From the IMG/VR virus record IMGVR_UViG_3300028048_000093: 64,000 nt of DNA; one strand, 5' to 3'. The first letter of the stretch is position 1. Each line of letters begins with the position of its first letter. Below, one piece after another: positions 37,567 to 45,456 of this stretch. Under the pieces are notes generated by a model. It worked only from the letters and a program-made list of their open reading frames with translations. It had not been told where the DNA came from and did no database searches. A program made the position numbers and the translations under genes. This DNA is from a virus (taxonomy: Duplodnaviria; Heunggongvirae; Uroviricota; Caudoviricetes; Crassvirales).

Positions 37567-38010
37567 CTAGAAATCTTCCTCAGCATCCAAGCCAGCAAGC
37601 TGTGCCTCCAGTTCCTTGATTCTGTCCTCAGGAGTCTTGGTAGATTCCTTCAGATTCTTCAACTGTTCTGTGAGTTCAGCCTTCTTTCTCTTGGTCTCCT
37701 CAGCTTCCAGCTTATATCTCTTCCAACCTATGATGAGGTTGACAAGCTCTTTCTGCTTCTTGAGAGACTCCAGCTTTTCCTGAGTGTAGTCTGAAGCTAC
37801 CCACTCATCCTGAGACTCCAGCTTCTCAATCTGCTTTGCAAGACCAAGACGGATGTCATTCAGAGTACCAATGGTGGTAGTGTGCAACAGGTCAACAATA
37901 TTCAAGGGCTGACCCATCTTAGTGGAGATAGTCTCATTTGCAATGAGCATGGCAAATGCCAAAGAGGACATCTTCACATAATGTTCTTTAGTAAAACGTA
38001 CTTTAGCCAT
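37567..38010 (-). CDS. hypothetical coiled-coil protein (147 aa)
   Basis: ORF track entry. Heptad-like K/E-rich C-terminus. Confidence 0.45.
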   Translation of the reverse strand: MAKVRFTKEHYVKMSSLAFAMLIANETISTKMGQPLNIVDLLHTTTIGTLNDIRLGLAKQIEKLESQDEWVASDYTQEKLESLKKQKELVNLIIGWKRYKLEAEETKRKKAELTEQLKNLKESTKTPEDRIKELEAQLAGLDAEEDF

Positions 38011-38205
38011 AATGTATTAATGAATTAAAAGTGAATAATCAAGCGAGGTCAATGTTAATGTATCAGCATACACATTAGGATATATGCCTTTCCCCCATTC
38101 AGGTTATCTGACACACACCCAGTTGTCCATTAGAGCATTGACCATTTTGTGATACTATGAGTACCAAATTTCGGGGATTTCAACATAGTCCATCATTGTC
38201 TCTTA

Positions 38206-38757
38206 TTAGCTTTTTTTTTGCAGTTCGTGATAATCTAAGTCTGGATGACCTGTAATCAGCCATCTGCAAGCTGATGCTACGATGAGGTGTTGAACACCTG
38301 AAGCAAAGACCACACCCAACACTATATCCTGCCATTGTGGGAGACATTCCCAAGCACTGAGATACAGGAAACAAAGTATGAATGTAATCCATGTAGTACT
38401 GCAATAGATACAGTAACCGAGAGGATAAGTAATAAACCTAAGAATAGGATTATTACCTTTAGCCCAAGGTCTGAAGACCTTCATATACAAAGGGAAGAAT
38501 ATCATATCTTCCACTTTGAGGCAGTTCCTGTAGAATATACCTAACAGACCACCAATTAGTCCTACAATGCCGAACTCAAGCATCAGCTGTGTAAACATAG
38601 AATATTGTATTAAAAGTGAATAGTCATAGATATGATGTCTTTCCATCAGCCAGCCTCCTTGTGTTCTCTCGGTACTGAGACATACCAAATTACACCTGTA
38701 CACTCGGTGGTTGCAGTTTCTCAGACAGAATCCTGCAACGTCCCTATACCCAGCCAA
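38206..38757 (-). CDS. integral membrane protein (183 aa)
   Basis: Multiple hydrophobic segments. Confidence 0.4.
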   Translation of the reverse strand: MAGYRDVAGFCLRNCNHRVYRCNLVCLSTERTQGGWLMERHHIYDYSLLIQYSMFTQLMLEFGIVGLIGGLLGIFYRNCLKVEDMIFFPLYMKVFRPWAKGNNPILRFITYPLGYCIYCSTTWITFILCFLYLSAWECLPQWQDIVLGVVFASGVQHLIVASACRWLITGHPDLDYHELQKKS

Positions 38758-38932
38758 TCAGTTGTAACATAAATTTTCTGCAATGAGGTGCATCCCATGT
38801 CACCTGAGAAAAGGATGCCAACCTTACTTGACTTTGTTTGGCAGTCTTTCTGGGATAAAGGATTGAGGTATTCTACTGTAGTCCTCACACACTTTCATGC
38901 TGAACAGATACCCAGTTACTTCTACCTCATAG

Positions 38933-39435
38933 TGGAGCTAGAGGGAGTCGAACCCTCGTCCAAACAGTTCAGCCATAGGAAACTAAATACACGCTTTTGC
39001 CATTACTGGCACTTGGGGCTGACTGGAAGTCAACCAATCCACCACTCCATTTTGAGAAAACGGAGAAAACACTCTCTCACATATTGCATCTGATGTTATC
39101 TCTGCCCCAGTTATTGAGAGTTGTGACAGTCTATCTTCAGGTATAATAGTGGCTTACCTCCTCCGTGCATCAGAGCAAATTAAGCACTGGGACTTCGGAC
39201 TACCAATCTTAGTTTCCCCTCAGATTTAGCTACACACCCTTTCAGATTATCTGTCTCTTGGTGAGTTTCTGTTTCAGGCACTCACCTTGCCTAGCACTTA
39301 CGCAGCAATCCTGAGGACTGTTTTGCTGGCAGGAGTCATTACAACTACCTTAGCATTTATTGGTTTACCATTTCAAGGCATGGATGCCTGCGTGATTTCC
39401 TACCACATTCCTGCTGTCAAAACCGTGATAACCCC
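38933..39435 (-). ncRNA. ssrA: tmRNA (ssrA)-like gene, ~500 nt
   Basis: 3' end GGACGAGGGTTCGACTCCCTCTAGCTCCA closely matches the tmRNA T arm/acceptor (E. coli GGACGCGGGTTCAACTCCCGCCAGCTCCA). 5' end GGGGTTATCACGGTTTTGACAG resembles GGGGCTGATTCTGGATTCGAC and gives a G3-U70 acceptor. A candidate tag ORF GCC AGC AAA ACA GTC CTC AGG ATT GCT GCG TAA (ASKTVLRIAA*) starts about nt 106. Confidence 0.45.
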
Positions 39436-39548
39436 ATTGAGTGACCCTTAGCCACTCATATGCTGACAGGTCTAGAAGATGTAAATGATGGGCCTTGGTA
39501 GGCAGGGAAAGTCCAATCATAAACTCTTCTTGACCCGCTAGTTTTCAA

Positions 39549-39586
39549 AAAACCCTACTCTGTTTCACAACAGTGTAGGGCCAAAC
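39549..39586 (-). terminator. rho-independent terminator
   Basis: Minus-strand CCCTACACTGTTGTGAAACAGAGTAGGG followed by TTTTTTG. Confidence 0.55.
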
Positions 39587-39641
39587 AATAACTAAAAACC
39601 TAAAACTATAAATATTACTACTAACCTAAAACAAATCGGAG

Positions 39642-39714
39642 TACTCCCTGTAGGACTCGAACCTACAACCCACAGATTAGAAATCTGTTGCTCTATCCAT
39701 TGAGCTAAGGGAGC
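39642..39714 (-). tRNA. tRNA-Arg(TCT)
   Basis: Acceptor GCTCCCT/AGGGAGT, anticodon loop TTTCTAA, T arm GTAGGTTCGAGTCCTAC. Confidence 0.7.
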
Positions 39715-39782
39715 ATATACCTCTATATTCACATACTGAGGTATTGTTCTGTTTACACATAAACAGCGTAAGTAGTACATTG

Positions 39783-39856
39783 TACTGCCTAGGAGACTCG
39801 AACTCCTAATAGCCACATCGAAAGTGTGGTGACTTAACCAATTTGTCCAAGGCAGC
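39783..39856 (-). tRNA. tRNA-Glu(TTC)
   Basis: Acceptor GCTGCCT/AGGCAGT, anticodon stem CCACA/TGTGG, loop CTTTCGA, T arm AGGAGTTCGAGTCTCCT. Confidence 0.7.
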
Positions 39857-39970
39857 AAGTGAGTGTGTATAGTGTTTCACACATGGTAATTCATACCATT
39901 ATTGTTCGTGGTACTAGCACGCTACATATTGTTTGCACAAACTCCCACACTCATCAATCACATGGTGATG

Positions 39971-40042
39971 TACCCCCAATAGGAATCGAACCTATATCTA
40001 CGGTTTAGGAAACCGTTGCTCTGTCCGTTGAGCTATGGGGGC
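39971..40042 (-). tRNA. tRNA-Arg(CCT)
   Basis: Acceptor GCCCCCA/TGGGGGT, anticodon stem ACGGT/ACCGT, loop TTCCTAA, T arm ATAGGTTCGATTCCTAT. Confidence 0.7.
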
Positions 40043-40070
40043 AGGAGTGGCATAAGCCACTCAGGTAGTA

Positions 40071-40496
40071 TCAGAGGATGTCAGCCTGCTCATCTTCTAA
40101 GCCCATAGATTGCAGCATATCCTTTACTGCACTCTCTGCATCTACTCTTTCCTCAGGGTGGTCAAGCATATAGATGAGAACCTCTGAGTTCATGTCATTG
40201 AGACCATCCATAAGGTTGAGGATGTCTACCTGCTTCAAACTGCCAAATGCTACAGTCTTCAAGACGAGCATCTTCTGCTTGGTAGACAGTGGAGCAAGTG
40301 CATTGGCACAAGTAATGAGGGCATCTTGTGTTTCCTCTTCCCTGTTACACTCATCCACTAAGGGCTGTTGAATACTTGCAGGAGCTACGACGTTGCTACC
40401 TGTCATTGTTAGCATAAAATGAGCCATTCTTCTTTTTGGCTCACTTTCTTTCCTGCGCATTGCTAACTGGTTACGCAGTGCTTCACTGTTGTTCAT
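40071..40496 (-). CDS. hypothetical acidic protein (141 aa)
   Basis: ORF track entry. A15 leader upstream of ATG. Confidence 0.45.
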   Translation of the reverse strand: MNNSEALRNQLAMRRKESEPKRRMAHFMLTMTGSNVVAPASIQQPLVDECNREEETQDALITCANALAPLSTKQKMLVLKTVAFGSLKQVDILNLMDGLNDMNSEVLIYMLDHPEERVDAESAVKDMLQSMGLEDEQADIL

Positions 40497-40526
40497 CTTT
40501 TTTTTTTTTTTAGGTGATACATATCA

Positions 40527-40694
40527 TGTAAGCTCATGTGCCTCCATTGTTGCAAGGTAGGCATCAGCTTCCATTTCTTCTATAGTAGTTTCCATTTCCT
40601 TCTTATATAGGTTCATCACCTCATCAAAAGGCAAATGGCCGAGATTGTTCTGCTTTACAAAAGCTTCCAGGTCTTCAAGGGTAAACATAGTGAA
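40527..40694 (-). CDS. small hypothetical protein (~55 aa, below ORF-track cutoff)
   Basis: Manual translation gives MFTLEDLEAFVKQNNLGHLPFDEVMNLYKKEMETTIEEMEADAYLATMEAHELT. Coordinates are approximate. Confidence 0.25.
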
Positions 40695-40696
40695 CT

Positions 40697-40851
40697 ATTG
40701 ATTTGTTTCACAAGTTGCCTTCAACTCACAAGGAATAAATGTGGACATGACAAGTATTACCTCATCATTCTTTACTCCACATTTCCTTGCTATATCAGGT
40801 ATGCACCTTTGGATATATCCTTCAATGCACTCTTTCTGTTCCTTCGTCATA
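40697..40851 (-). CDS. small Cys-rich hypothetical protein (~51 aa)
   Basis: Manual translation gives MTKEQKECIEGYIQRCIPDIARKCGVKNDEVILVMSTFIPCELKATCETNQ. Coordinates are approximate. Confidence 0.25.
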
Positions 40852-40911
40852 AATTCCTAGAGATAAAGTAACATAGTATTCCTGATGCTATAACTCCTAA
40901 TACAAACCAGA

Positions 40912-41127
40912 TTAATGCACCCATGCGTATTCTCCTATATCTAAAGCAGCTTCAGCATAGTGTAAATCATCCCAATCCTCTTCCCAGCTTGAACCACCTT
41001 CTGAGGCTTTGGTACATTTTACTCTACACCAATCCTTGCTTCTGTCTATCTCCAACACCTCAAACTGGAGAGGTGTGGAAGTAGCAAAGTTTTGTCTAAA
41101 CTTGCTACCCACACTCAATGTTGCCAT
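40912..41127 (-). CDS. hypothetical protein (71 aa)
   Basis: ORF track entry. Confidence 0.35.
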   Translation of the reverse strand: MATLSVGSKFRQNFATSTPLQFEVLEIDRSKDWCRVKCTKASEGGSSWEEDWDDLHYAEAALDIGEYAWVH

Positions 41128-41128
41128 A

Positions 41129-41446
41129 TTACTCTTCCTTATATGCTTGAGGGTTGATTTGCTTACCTATTTCAGGCATATACTGCTTATACTCTTTTCC
41201 AGTCTTTTTCGAGACCTTAATAATAAAAGCTTTGCCTTTAGCTGAGAGATACACTGGATATGAATTACCCTTGTTGTCCTTATATACATAGGAAGTCTTG
41301 GTGGCAGACTTTGTCTGCCCCTCTGACTTCTTCTGCACAAATGTGTTGCCCTGTCTTTCAACATTCTGAGCTGCTGCATCTATCAAGCAACCCAAGGCTA
41401 GCAACATTAGCACAATAGCAATAAAGCGTCTCATTGTTATGCTCAT
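41129..41446 (-). CDS. small secreted protein (signal peptide, 105 aa)
   Basis: N-terminal hydrophobic signal IAIVLMLLALGCLIDAAAQ. Confidence 0.4.
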   Translation of the reverse strand: MSITMRRFIAIVLMLLALGCLIDAAAQNVERQGNTFVQKKSEGQTKSATKTSYVYKDNKGNSYPVYLSAKGKAFIIKVSKKTGKEYKQYMPEIGKQINPQAYKEE

Positions 41447-41673
41447 TTTAGTGACTTTTCAATGTAATATGTACCTGATAGCTTATAGAGGTCTCTAATT
41501 GTGAGAATGTTCCTGCACATCCAGTAGAATAGTATATTGATAACTAACCAAACTACTATGAGTGACCAACGATGCTCCTCAATCATAGACTCAAGACCTA
41601 AGATAAATAGGAGGATGGATAATGCACTCACCCAGAGTAGCATACCCTTGTAGATTCTAATAAATGTCTTCAT
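41443..41673 (-). CDS. small membrane protein (76 aa)
   Basis: Two hydrophobic helices. Confidence 0.35.
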   Translation of the reverse strand: MKTFIRIYKGMLLWVSALSILLFILGLESMIEEHRWSLIVVWLVINILFYWMCRNILTIRDLYKLSGTYYIEKSLK

Positions 41674-41842
41674 TGTTTTATGTTTTTAGACTGTTATTGT
41701 TCTATACTCATTTAATAAATGGTTGCCTCTGAAGCCCTTGAGCTGTATTGGGTCTTCATCACCATGATGGTCAAACCAATCAGACCACTCCTTGCCGTTT
41801 CTACCCCAAAATTGGAATCTTTTCTGTCTCTTTTCCATAATC

Positions 41843-42097
41843 TTAAAGTTTAATGACTAGTTGCGGAGGTAATTTCTTTGCCTCATGCTCACTCAACCTA
41901 ATAGTCTTGCCAAAGCATTTAGCAGAATAGCGTGGTTTAACACTAATAGTAATAGTCACTTCTATGATGTCCTTAATACTAGCTATGATACCTCTCTTAG
42001 CTAAATTCTCTTGCACAAATAATAGATGTGACTTGCGTACATAGGAGCCTCTGCTACTAGCAAGGCAATTCCTACTGAATCTGTTTCTTTTGTCCAT
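41843..42097 (-). CDS. hypothetical basic protein (84 aa from internal Met)
   Basis: The ORF-track start at 42181 lies inside the tRNA at 42125-42196, so the start was moved to MDKRNRF at 42097. Confidence 0.35.
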   Translation of the reverse strand: MDKRNRFSRNCLASSRGSYVRKSHLLFVQENLAKRGIIASIKDIIEVTITISVKPRYSAKCFGKTIRLSEHEAKKLPPQLVIKL

Positions 42098-42124
42098 TGG
42101 TTTTTTATTTATTGTTTGTACTTG

Positions 42125-42196
42125 GAGGCATGGATGGAATCGAACCACCAACACACAGGTTAGTCCCTGCTGCTCTGCCATTAAAGCTACATACCT
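42125..42196 (-). tRNA. tRNA with atypical anticodon arm (loop GACTAA, contains CTA); possible amber-suppressor-like or degenerate tRNA
   Basis: Acceptor AGGTATG/CATGCCT, D arm GCTT-TAATGGCA-GAGC, T arm GGTGGTTCGATTCCATC. The only good anticodon stem (GCAGG/CCTGT) leaves a 6-nt loop. A11 tract immediately 5' of the gene. Confidence 0.45.
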
Positions 42197-42617
42197 CTTT
42201 TTTTTTTTATGCCTACCTTACCTTATATTGGGTACCTCGCAACTCACAGTAACGGAAATCAACTCTGTTGGTCATACCATATGGTCATACCTCAAGTATC
42301 TAGTTCTGGTCTTGTTCTTCACACCTCACAGGAATTACCCTCTGTATTCTACTTGAACTCACTATCTTTGCAAATCTTCTCACTACTTAGTCATCCTCGA
42401 TACCTAGTCGCAGTCAATCAGCCTGAAATAAGTCCAACTAGGTGTAGAGATAAAATACTCATTACCTGTTCCTAATATTTGCTCCTGGATTACCCTTCTA
42501 GAGAGAATTTACCTGTTCATAAAGCGTAGATTTTGCTCTTATATCCTACGACTTGTGATAAAAGCATAAAAATATGTCTTGGTCTTAATGACCTTTTCTG
42601 CTCTGTATTACACATCA

Positions 42618-42690
42618 GGGTGTGGTTGGTAGGCTAATTCTCTACCCCTAAATGTAGGGAAGGATGATAAGACCAACCAACCACACACCA
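42618..42690. repeat. long imperfect hairpin (GGGTGTGGTTGGT ... ACCAACCAACCACACACC) with nested CCCTA/TAGGG hairpin
   Basis: The inverted repeat is seen directly. The 13-mer GGGTGTGGTTGGT recurs as a direct repeat at 43228-43240. Confidence 0.45.
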
Positions 42691-42878
42691 ACAGACAGTC
42701 CTGTAACTCATTGAACCTCAATGTATTAATGCTCAAGGGATAAAGAAAAGGTAAAAGGCTTTCCACACTCAGTTTGTCAGACAAATGAATGATTGAAGCC
42801 TTGAACCTATTAATGTCCAAAGGCAATACTATTAATGTTCAAAGGACAAATAAGGAAGCGGGCATAGCCCGCTGTCCT

Positions 42879-43154
42879 CTAGAATGTAGCCAGTACAGGA
42901 GCACCACCTGTGCCTTCCTCATGCAGCATCCAGAACTTGCCATCTGGATTACGCTCAGTGGCTTCACCTTGTACCAGTGAAATCATTGGACGCTGTGGAA
43001 TACCTTTGGCGGCAACTGCACCTGTCTTTGCACCGAAGGTCATAAAGAGCTTACCTGTGTTGGGGTTCTGCTTGACCTCAATGCGTTCTACACCCTGAGC
43101 ACGCTTAAACTGCTCAACTGTCAAAGTCTCAAGAAATGCTAAATTGTTCATAAA
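42879..43154 (-). CDS. hypothetical protein (~91 aa from internal Met MNNLAF)
   Basis: The ORF-track ORF 42879..43313 begins with an implausible low-complexity leader. It lies between the 13-bp direct repeats. Confidence 0.35.
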   Translation of the reverse strand, partial: FMNNLAFLETLTVEQFKRAQGVERIEVKQNPNTGKLFMTFGAKTGAVAAKGIPQRPMISLVQGEATERNPDGKFWMLHEEGTGGAPVLATF

Positions 43155-43227
43155 GCTTGATGTTTGTGGATTATGCGACAATATTGTCTGACCACGGGGT
43201 ACAACCCCACTGGCTAAGGGATGGGGA

Positions 43228-43240
43228 GGGTGTGGTTGGT
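43228..43240. repeat. second copy of 13-bp direct repeat GGGTGTGGTTGGT
   Basis: Identical to 42618-42630. Confidence 0.45.
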
Positions 43241-43333
43241 GTATATCCTGCACCCGACTATAAATCAAAGTTTCAAAAAAAAAAAAAATTTCTATTAAAA
43301 ATCTATAATACACCTAAGGATTTTACTTAACCT

Positions 43334-43366
43334 CTTGCATATATCAAAATAATGTATTATCTTTGC
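43334..43366 (+). promoter_or_regulatory. Bacteroidota-type promoter (TTGC ... TATCTTTG)
   Basis: The -7 element TAtcTTTG is at 43358-43365 with TTG about 20 nt upstream. No ORF for more than 300 nt downstream. Confidence 0.5.
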
Positions 43367-43799
43367 ACCCTGATAGAACATCAGGTGTGGATGTTACCAC
43401 CCTAGAGGAGTCATTAGTATAGGGTCAGAAGTCGGGTTAATACCTTAATATAAAGGGAAGTTGTCCCCGATACTATCACAAAATGCTGTCATATAAAACA
43501 CCTTGCTAGAGCCAACACATCTGAGAAAAGGCACAGGGAAATCTAGCCTAGGGGGATAACCAAGAACGGGGGTGCTGAAGTTGACAGTTAAAAGGAGAGG
43601 TATATCACACCTCTTTGCTGAGGTCAGGGATATATTATATCCTTTCGAGATTACATTAAGGGGACAAGCCCCAAATTCAATCTTCAAGACCAACTATGAA
43701 AAGGTTAGTGATTACAGAGAGTGAAGAGGTAATATGTATAGACACAGGTATCAATGATGATTGTGGTAGTACTATTACTGAGGAGAAGTTACTAAATAT

Positions 43800-44201
43800 G
43801 TGTATGTAATGGCAAAAGTAAAGTGGATAGATGTGGACATCTACAAATGTCAGTTAGCTGTCTTTATAGGTGGTCACGAAGAGTTTAAGAAGTGGGTGAA
43901 GAAGGAGTACACTGACCCAAGTGAAGAAGGGTTCGTGGAATTAGTAATGGAAAGTACAGATGAGGCTCAGGCTTCACTATGGTGGAATGGTGATAGGAGC
44001 TGCATTATAGAACTACCATACTGGCCTAGGAAACCTAAAGAACTTGGTTGGGCAAACCATGAACTGCTCCATTCTACTTTCCATATACTAGATGGTGCTA
44101 GAGTAGAGTATCATAAGGGTGAGAGCAATGAGTCTTTTACTTATCTGCTTGAGTACTTGACTAGGAATTTATATGATAAGGAAGGATATGAAACTGTTTA
44201 A
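43800..44201 (+). CDS. small HExxH zinc-metallopeptidase-like protein (133 aa)
   Basis: HELLH motif in HELLHSTFHIL. Confidence 0.45.
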   Translation: MYVMAKVKWIDVDIYKCQLAVFIGGHEEFKKWVKKEYTDPSEEGFVELVMESTDEAQASLWWNGDRSCIIELPYWPRKPKELGWANHELLHSTFHILDGARVEYHKGESNESFTYLLEYLTRNLYDKEGYETV

Positions 44202-44589
44202 GACTATAGGTAATTTCCTTATGGATTGGGTATGGCAGCTGCCACAGAACCTCATAGGTCTGATATACTACCTATTCATTTGGGAGGACATAACAAAGAA
44301 GTTCTTTGATGAGGAAGGACACTACCATATTTTATTAAAGGAAACCAATGGTGGTGTTACTCTTGGAAAGTATGTCTTTGTATATAAAAGGTTCAATGAC
44401 CTTGCAAAGGTCATCAAGCATGAGTCAGGTCATGTGAAACAGAGTAGGATTCTAGGACCACTCTACCTGCTAGTGATTGGTTTGCCCTCTATTATATGGG
44501 CAGCTACACATAGGACTATAGCCCCAGATAAGGACTATTATTGGTTCTATACAGAGGCTTGGGCTAATAAATTGGCAGGAATTAGTTAA
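44173..44589 (+). CDS. membrane-associated HExxH protein (138 aa)
   Basis: HESGH motif followed by a hydrophobic stretch GPLYLLVIGLPSIIWAA. Confidence 0.45.
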   Translation: MIRKDMKLFKTIGNFLMDWVWQLPQNLIGLIYYLFIWEDITKKFFDEEGHYHILLKETNGGVTLGKYVFVYKRFNDLAKVIKHESGHVKQSRILGPLYLLVIGLPSIIWAATHRTIAPDKDYYWFYTEAWANKLAGIS

Positions 44590-44599
44590 ATATTGCAAA

Positions 44600-44640
44600 A
44601 ATATTTGGTGGTTTCAAGAAAAAGTTGTATCTTTGCACCT
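44600..44640 (+). promoter_or_regulatory. Bacteroidota-type promoter driving plus-strand tRNA array
   Basis: TTTG at 44604-44607. TAtcTTTG at 44628-44635, spacing 20 nt. Near-identical to the promoters at 46990 and 63753. Confidence 0.6.
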
Positions 44641-44734
44641 GAATTGAGAGAGATACTCCTCCAATAAATATATGTGAGGAAGTCGGGCACCTCACTTAGA
44701 ACTCCTTTTGGAGGTTCATAAGGGGTTCTAAAAT

Positions 44735-44806
44735 TGGGTTATAGCGCAATGGTAACGCACAGGATTTTGGTCCCTGATATTCTAGGTTCGACTCCTAGTG
44801 ACCCAA
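44735..44806 (+). tRNA. tRNA-Gln(TTG)
   Basis: Acceptor TGGGTTA/TGACCCA, anticodon loop TTTTGGT, T arm CTAGGTTCGACTCCTAG. Confidence 0.6.
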
Positions 44807-44812
44807 CAAAAT

Positions 44813-44887
44813 GCAGCCATCCCTGCTAACAGGTTAGGCAACTACACTCTCAATGTAGAAATCAGGGTTCGAGTCCCTGTGGCTGTA
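44813..44887 (+). tRNA. tRNA-Glu(CTC) (D arm irregular)
   Basis: Acceptor GCAGCCA/TGGCTGT, anticodon stem CTACA/TGTAG with loop CTCTCAA, T arm CAGGGTTCGAGTCCCTG. The D arm does not fold canonically by eye. Confidence 0.5.
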
Positions 44888-44922
44888 CTAGGAGTTCTTT
44901 GACATACTGACACACTATTATA

Positions 44923-44993
44923 GGATATGTGGTGTAATAGGTAACATACCACCCTGTCACGGTGAAGTTAGGGGTTCGAGTCCCCCATATCCT
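44923..44993 (+). tRNA. tRNA-Asp(GTC)
   Basis: Acceptor GGATATG/CATATCC, anticodon loop CTGTCAC, T arm GGGGTTCGAGTCCCC. Confidence 0.6.
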
Positions 44994-45048
44994 GCAAGAT
45001 ACCACACCTATCTAGTCCACATAGGCACAGCGGTGTAATGTGGCAGTT

Positions 45049-45139
45049 GGAGAGTTAAGCCTAATTGGTAAGGCAGTAGTCCTGAAAACTACTAGTAGTC
45101 GTGAATAGCGGTGTGTGGGTTCAAGTCCCACACTCTCCT
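45049..45139 (+). tRNA. tRNA-Ser(TGA), class II with long variable arm
   Basis: Acceptor GGAGAGT/ACTCTCC, anticodon stem GTAGT/ACTAC, loop CCTGAAA, T arm GTGGGTTCAAGTCCCAC. Confidence 0.6.
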
Positions 45140-45150
45140 CTCTTTATTAT

Positions 45151-45223
45151 ATAGGTGTAGCTCAGTAGGTAGAGTTCTTGCTTTGGGAGCAAGATGTCGC
45201 AGGTTCGAGTCCTGTCACCTATA
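45151..45223 (+). tRNA. tRNA-Pro(TGG)
   Basis: Acceptor ATAGGTG/CACCTAT, anticodon stem CTTGC/GCAAG, loop TTTGGGA, T arm GCAGGTTCGAGTCCTGT. Confidence 0.7.
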
Positions 45224-45228
45224 CTATT

Positions 45229-45314
45229 GGAGGTGAGAAGCCTAGAGGTAAGGTCTTGGTTTGCTAAACCAAAGGTTCAATAAAATGGATGAGTTTCGAT
45301 TACTCCTGCCTCCG
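45229..45314 (+). tRNA. tRNA-Ser(GCT), class II
   Basis: Acceptor GGAGGTG/TGCCTCC, anticodon stem TTGGT/ACCAA, loop TTGCTAA, T loop TTCGATT. Confidence 0.55.
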
Positions 45315-45322
45315 CTTAAATT

Positions 45323-45396
45323 GGGGTTGTAGCTCAGATGGCTAGAGCATCTGCTTTGCAAGCAGAGGGTCGAGGGTTCGAGTCCCTTCTTCTCCA
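45323..45396 (+). tRNA. tRNA-Ala(TGC)
   Basis: 5' half almost identical to canonical tRNA-Ala (GGGGTTGTAGCTCAG...CTGCTTTGCAAGCAG). G3-U70 pair present. Two mismatches in the acceptor. Confidence 0.6.
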
Positions 45397-45456
45397 CACA
45401 CGGATTCTTGTTCATAATGTTAATGGAGCCTAGCTAGAGGGTAAAATCTAGCAATC

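Noticed and set aside
38788-39093. 101-aa plus-strand ORF
   Set aside because: It overlaps the tmRNA-like gene on the opposite strand, and its translation is low complexity. The region is better explained as structured RNA.
43445-43693. 82-aa minus-strand ORF
   Set aside because: It sits inside the promoter-proximal structured non-coding region, has no start context, and is antisense to the direction of the adjacent consensus promoter.
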